Virus record (IMG/VR): IMGVR_UViG_2541047815_000004
DNA: 48,720 nucleotides
DNA from: a virus
Taxonomy: Duplodnaviria > Heunggongvirae > Uroviricota > Caudoviricetes
Strand: one strand, 5' to 3'
The position numbers were made by a program, and so were the translations under genes. Below the pieces are notes generated by a model. The model saw nothing but the letters and a program-made list of their open reading frames with translations. It was not told the DNA's origin and ran no database searches. Each line of letters starts with the position of its first letter. Position 1 is the first letter of the stretch. Shown here piece after piece: positions 47,440 to 48,720 of the stretch.

Positions 47440-48720
47440 ATGAAATATCCGACAGGCGTGGAAAACCATGGAGGGAAATTACGTATCTGGTTTGTTTATA
47501 AAGGCGTAAGAGTCAGGGAAAACCTGGGGGTTCCTGACACAGCAAAAAACAGGCGCGTTGCAGGTGAGCTACGCGCCTCTGTTTGTTACGCAATAAAAAC
47601 TGGTGTTTTCGACTATGCAAAACAGTTTCCCTCCTCACGCAATCTGGAAAAATTTGGTGAGACCCGACAAGATTTAACCATAAAAGAACTGGCTGAAAAA
47701 TTTCTGGCACTGAAAGAAACTGAAGTTGCAAAAACATCACTCAACACATACCGTGCCGTCATCAAAAATATCCTGAGCATAATCGGTGAAAAAAATCTTG
47801 CCTCATCGATTAATAAAGAAAAATTACTGGAGGTTCGTAAAGAGCTACTGACTGGATACCAGATCCCCAAAAGTAACTATATTGTTACACAACCAGGGAG
47901 ATCGGCTGTAACTGTAAATAATTACATGACAAATCTTAACGCCGTGTTCCAGTTTGGTGTTGATAACGGTTACCTGGCAGATAACCCGTTTAAGGGGATC
48001 TCGCCATTAAAGGAATCAAGAACCATTCCGGATCCTCTTTCGCGGGAGGAATTCATCCGTCTTATCGATGCGTGCAGAAATCAGCAAGCCAAAAATTTAT
48101 GGTGTGTTTCTGTTTATACTGGCGTTCGCCCTGGTGAGCTGTGTGCACTTGGATGGGAGGACATAGATCTGAAAAATGGAACAATGATGATCAGGAGAAA
48201 TTTAGCAAAAGACCGTTTCACGGTACCAAAAACACAGGCGGGAACCAATCGGGTCATTCATCTTATTAAGCCAGCAATCGACGCTCTCCGGAGTCAGATG
48301 ACATTAACGAGACTGAGCAAAGAGCATATCATTGATGTTCACCTCAGAGAGTATGGCAGAACAGAAAAACATAAATGCACCTTTGTTTTTCAACCTGAAG
48401 TGTCAGCGAGAGTAAAAAATTATGGTGACCATTTTACCGTTGACTCAATAAGGCAGATGTGGGACGCAGCGATAAAACGTGCCGGACTCCGCCATCGAAA
48501 ATCATATCAGTCGAGACATACTTATGCCTGCTGGTCGCTGACAGCTGGTGCTAACCCGGCATTTATAGCAAACCAGATGGGCCATGCAGATGCGCAAATG
48601 GTATTTCAGGTATACGGAAAATGGATGTCTGAAAACAATAATGCACAGGTAGCTTTGTTAAATACACAGTTAAGCGAGTTTGCCCCAACCATGCCCCATA
48701 ACGAAGCAATGAAAAATTAA
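47440..48720 (+). CDS. intQ: Tyrosine integrase (phage integrase family), about 426 aa from Met6; stop codon is the last codon of the window
   Basis: Catalytic-domain motifs: TGVRPGE (Arg), SRHTYAC (His-x-x-Arg region), VFQVYGKWM (Tyr); N-terminal arm-binding-like domain. Confidence 0.85.
   Translation: MKYPTGVENHGGKLRIWFVYKGVRVRENLGVPDTAKNRRVAGELRASVCYAIKTGVFDYAKQFPSSRNLEKFGETRQDLTIKELAEKFLALKETEVAKTSLNTYRAVIKNILSIIGEKNLASSINKEKLLEVRKELLTGYQIPKSNYIVTQPGRSAVTVNNYMTNLNAVFQFGVDNGYLADNPFKGISPLKESRTIPDPLSREEFIRLIDACRNQQAKNLWCVSVYTGVRPGELCALGWEDIDLKNGTMMIRRNLAKDRFTVPKTQAGTNRVIHLIKPAIDALRSQMTLTRLSKEHIIDVHLREYGRTEKHKCTFVFQPEVSARVKNYGDHFTVDSIRQMWDAAIKRAGLRHRKSYQSRHTYACWSLTAGANPAFIANQMGHADAQMVFQVYGKWMSENNNAQVALLNTQLSEFAPTMPHNEAMKN

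Overview
The window reads as a near-complete lambdoid prophage of the E. coli Qin family, oriented with its late genes on the minus strand. All gene names are recognised from memory of K-12 Qin and lambda, not from any database search. Left to right: host MFS transporter ydfJ; cold-shock gene ydfK; Pin invertase with one tfa/stf tail-fibre set; lom; a lambda-like tail module (J, I, K, L, M, H, G/GT, V, U, Z); an HK97-type head module with a fused ClpP-like protease and capsid protein; portal, W-like, large and small terminase with a cos-like site; moron genes (ynfO, ydfO, gnsB, cspI, cspB, cspF); a phage-21-type lysis cassette whose SAR endolysin rrrQ is split by a complete IS3 with 3-bp target duplication; Q antiterminator, ydfU, rem, hokD; an O-like replication gene with five iterons; a YdaT-like gene, dicC, dicA, ydfA, a contiguous ydfB/ydfC ORF, DicF sRNA, dicB, ydfD, a full-length ydfE-like exonuclease gene, xis and int. 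The most interesting element is a 763-aa ABC/SMC-type ATPase (37517-39808) with a coiled-coil insertion carrying a CxxC motif and an unassigned C-terminal domain, sitting where K-12 carries relBE: a candidate single-gene anti-phage defence protein. No tRNA or CRISPR array was seen. No GC content or similarity score was computed.
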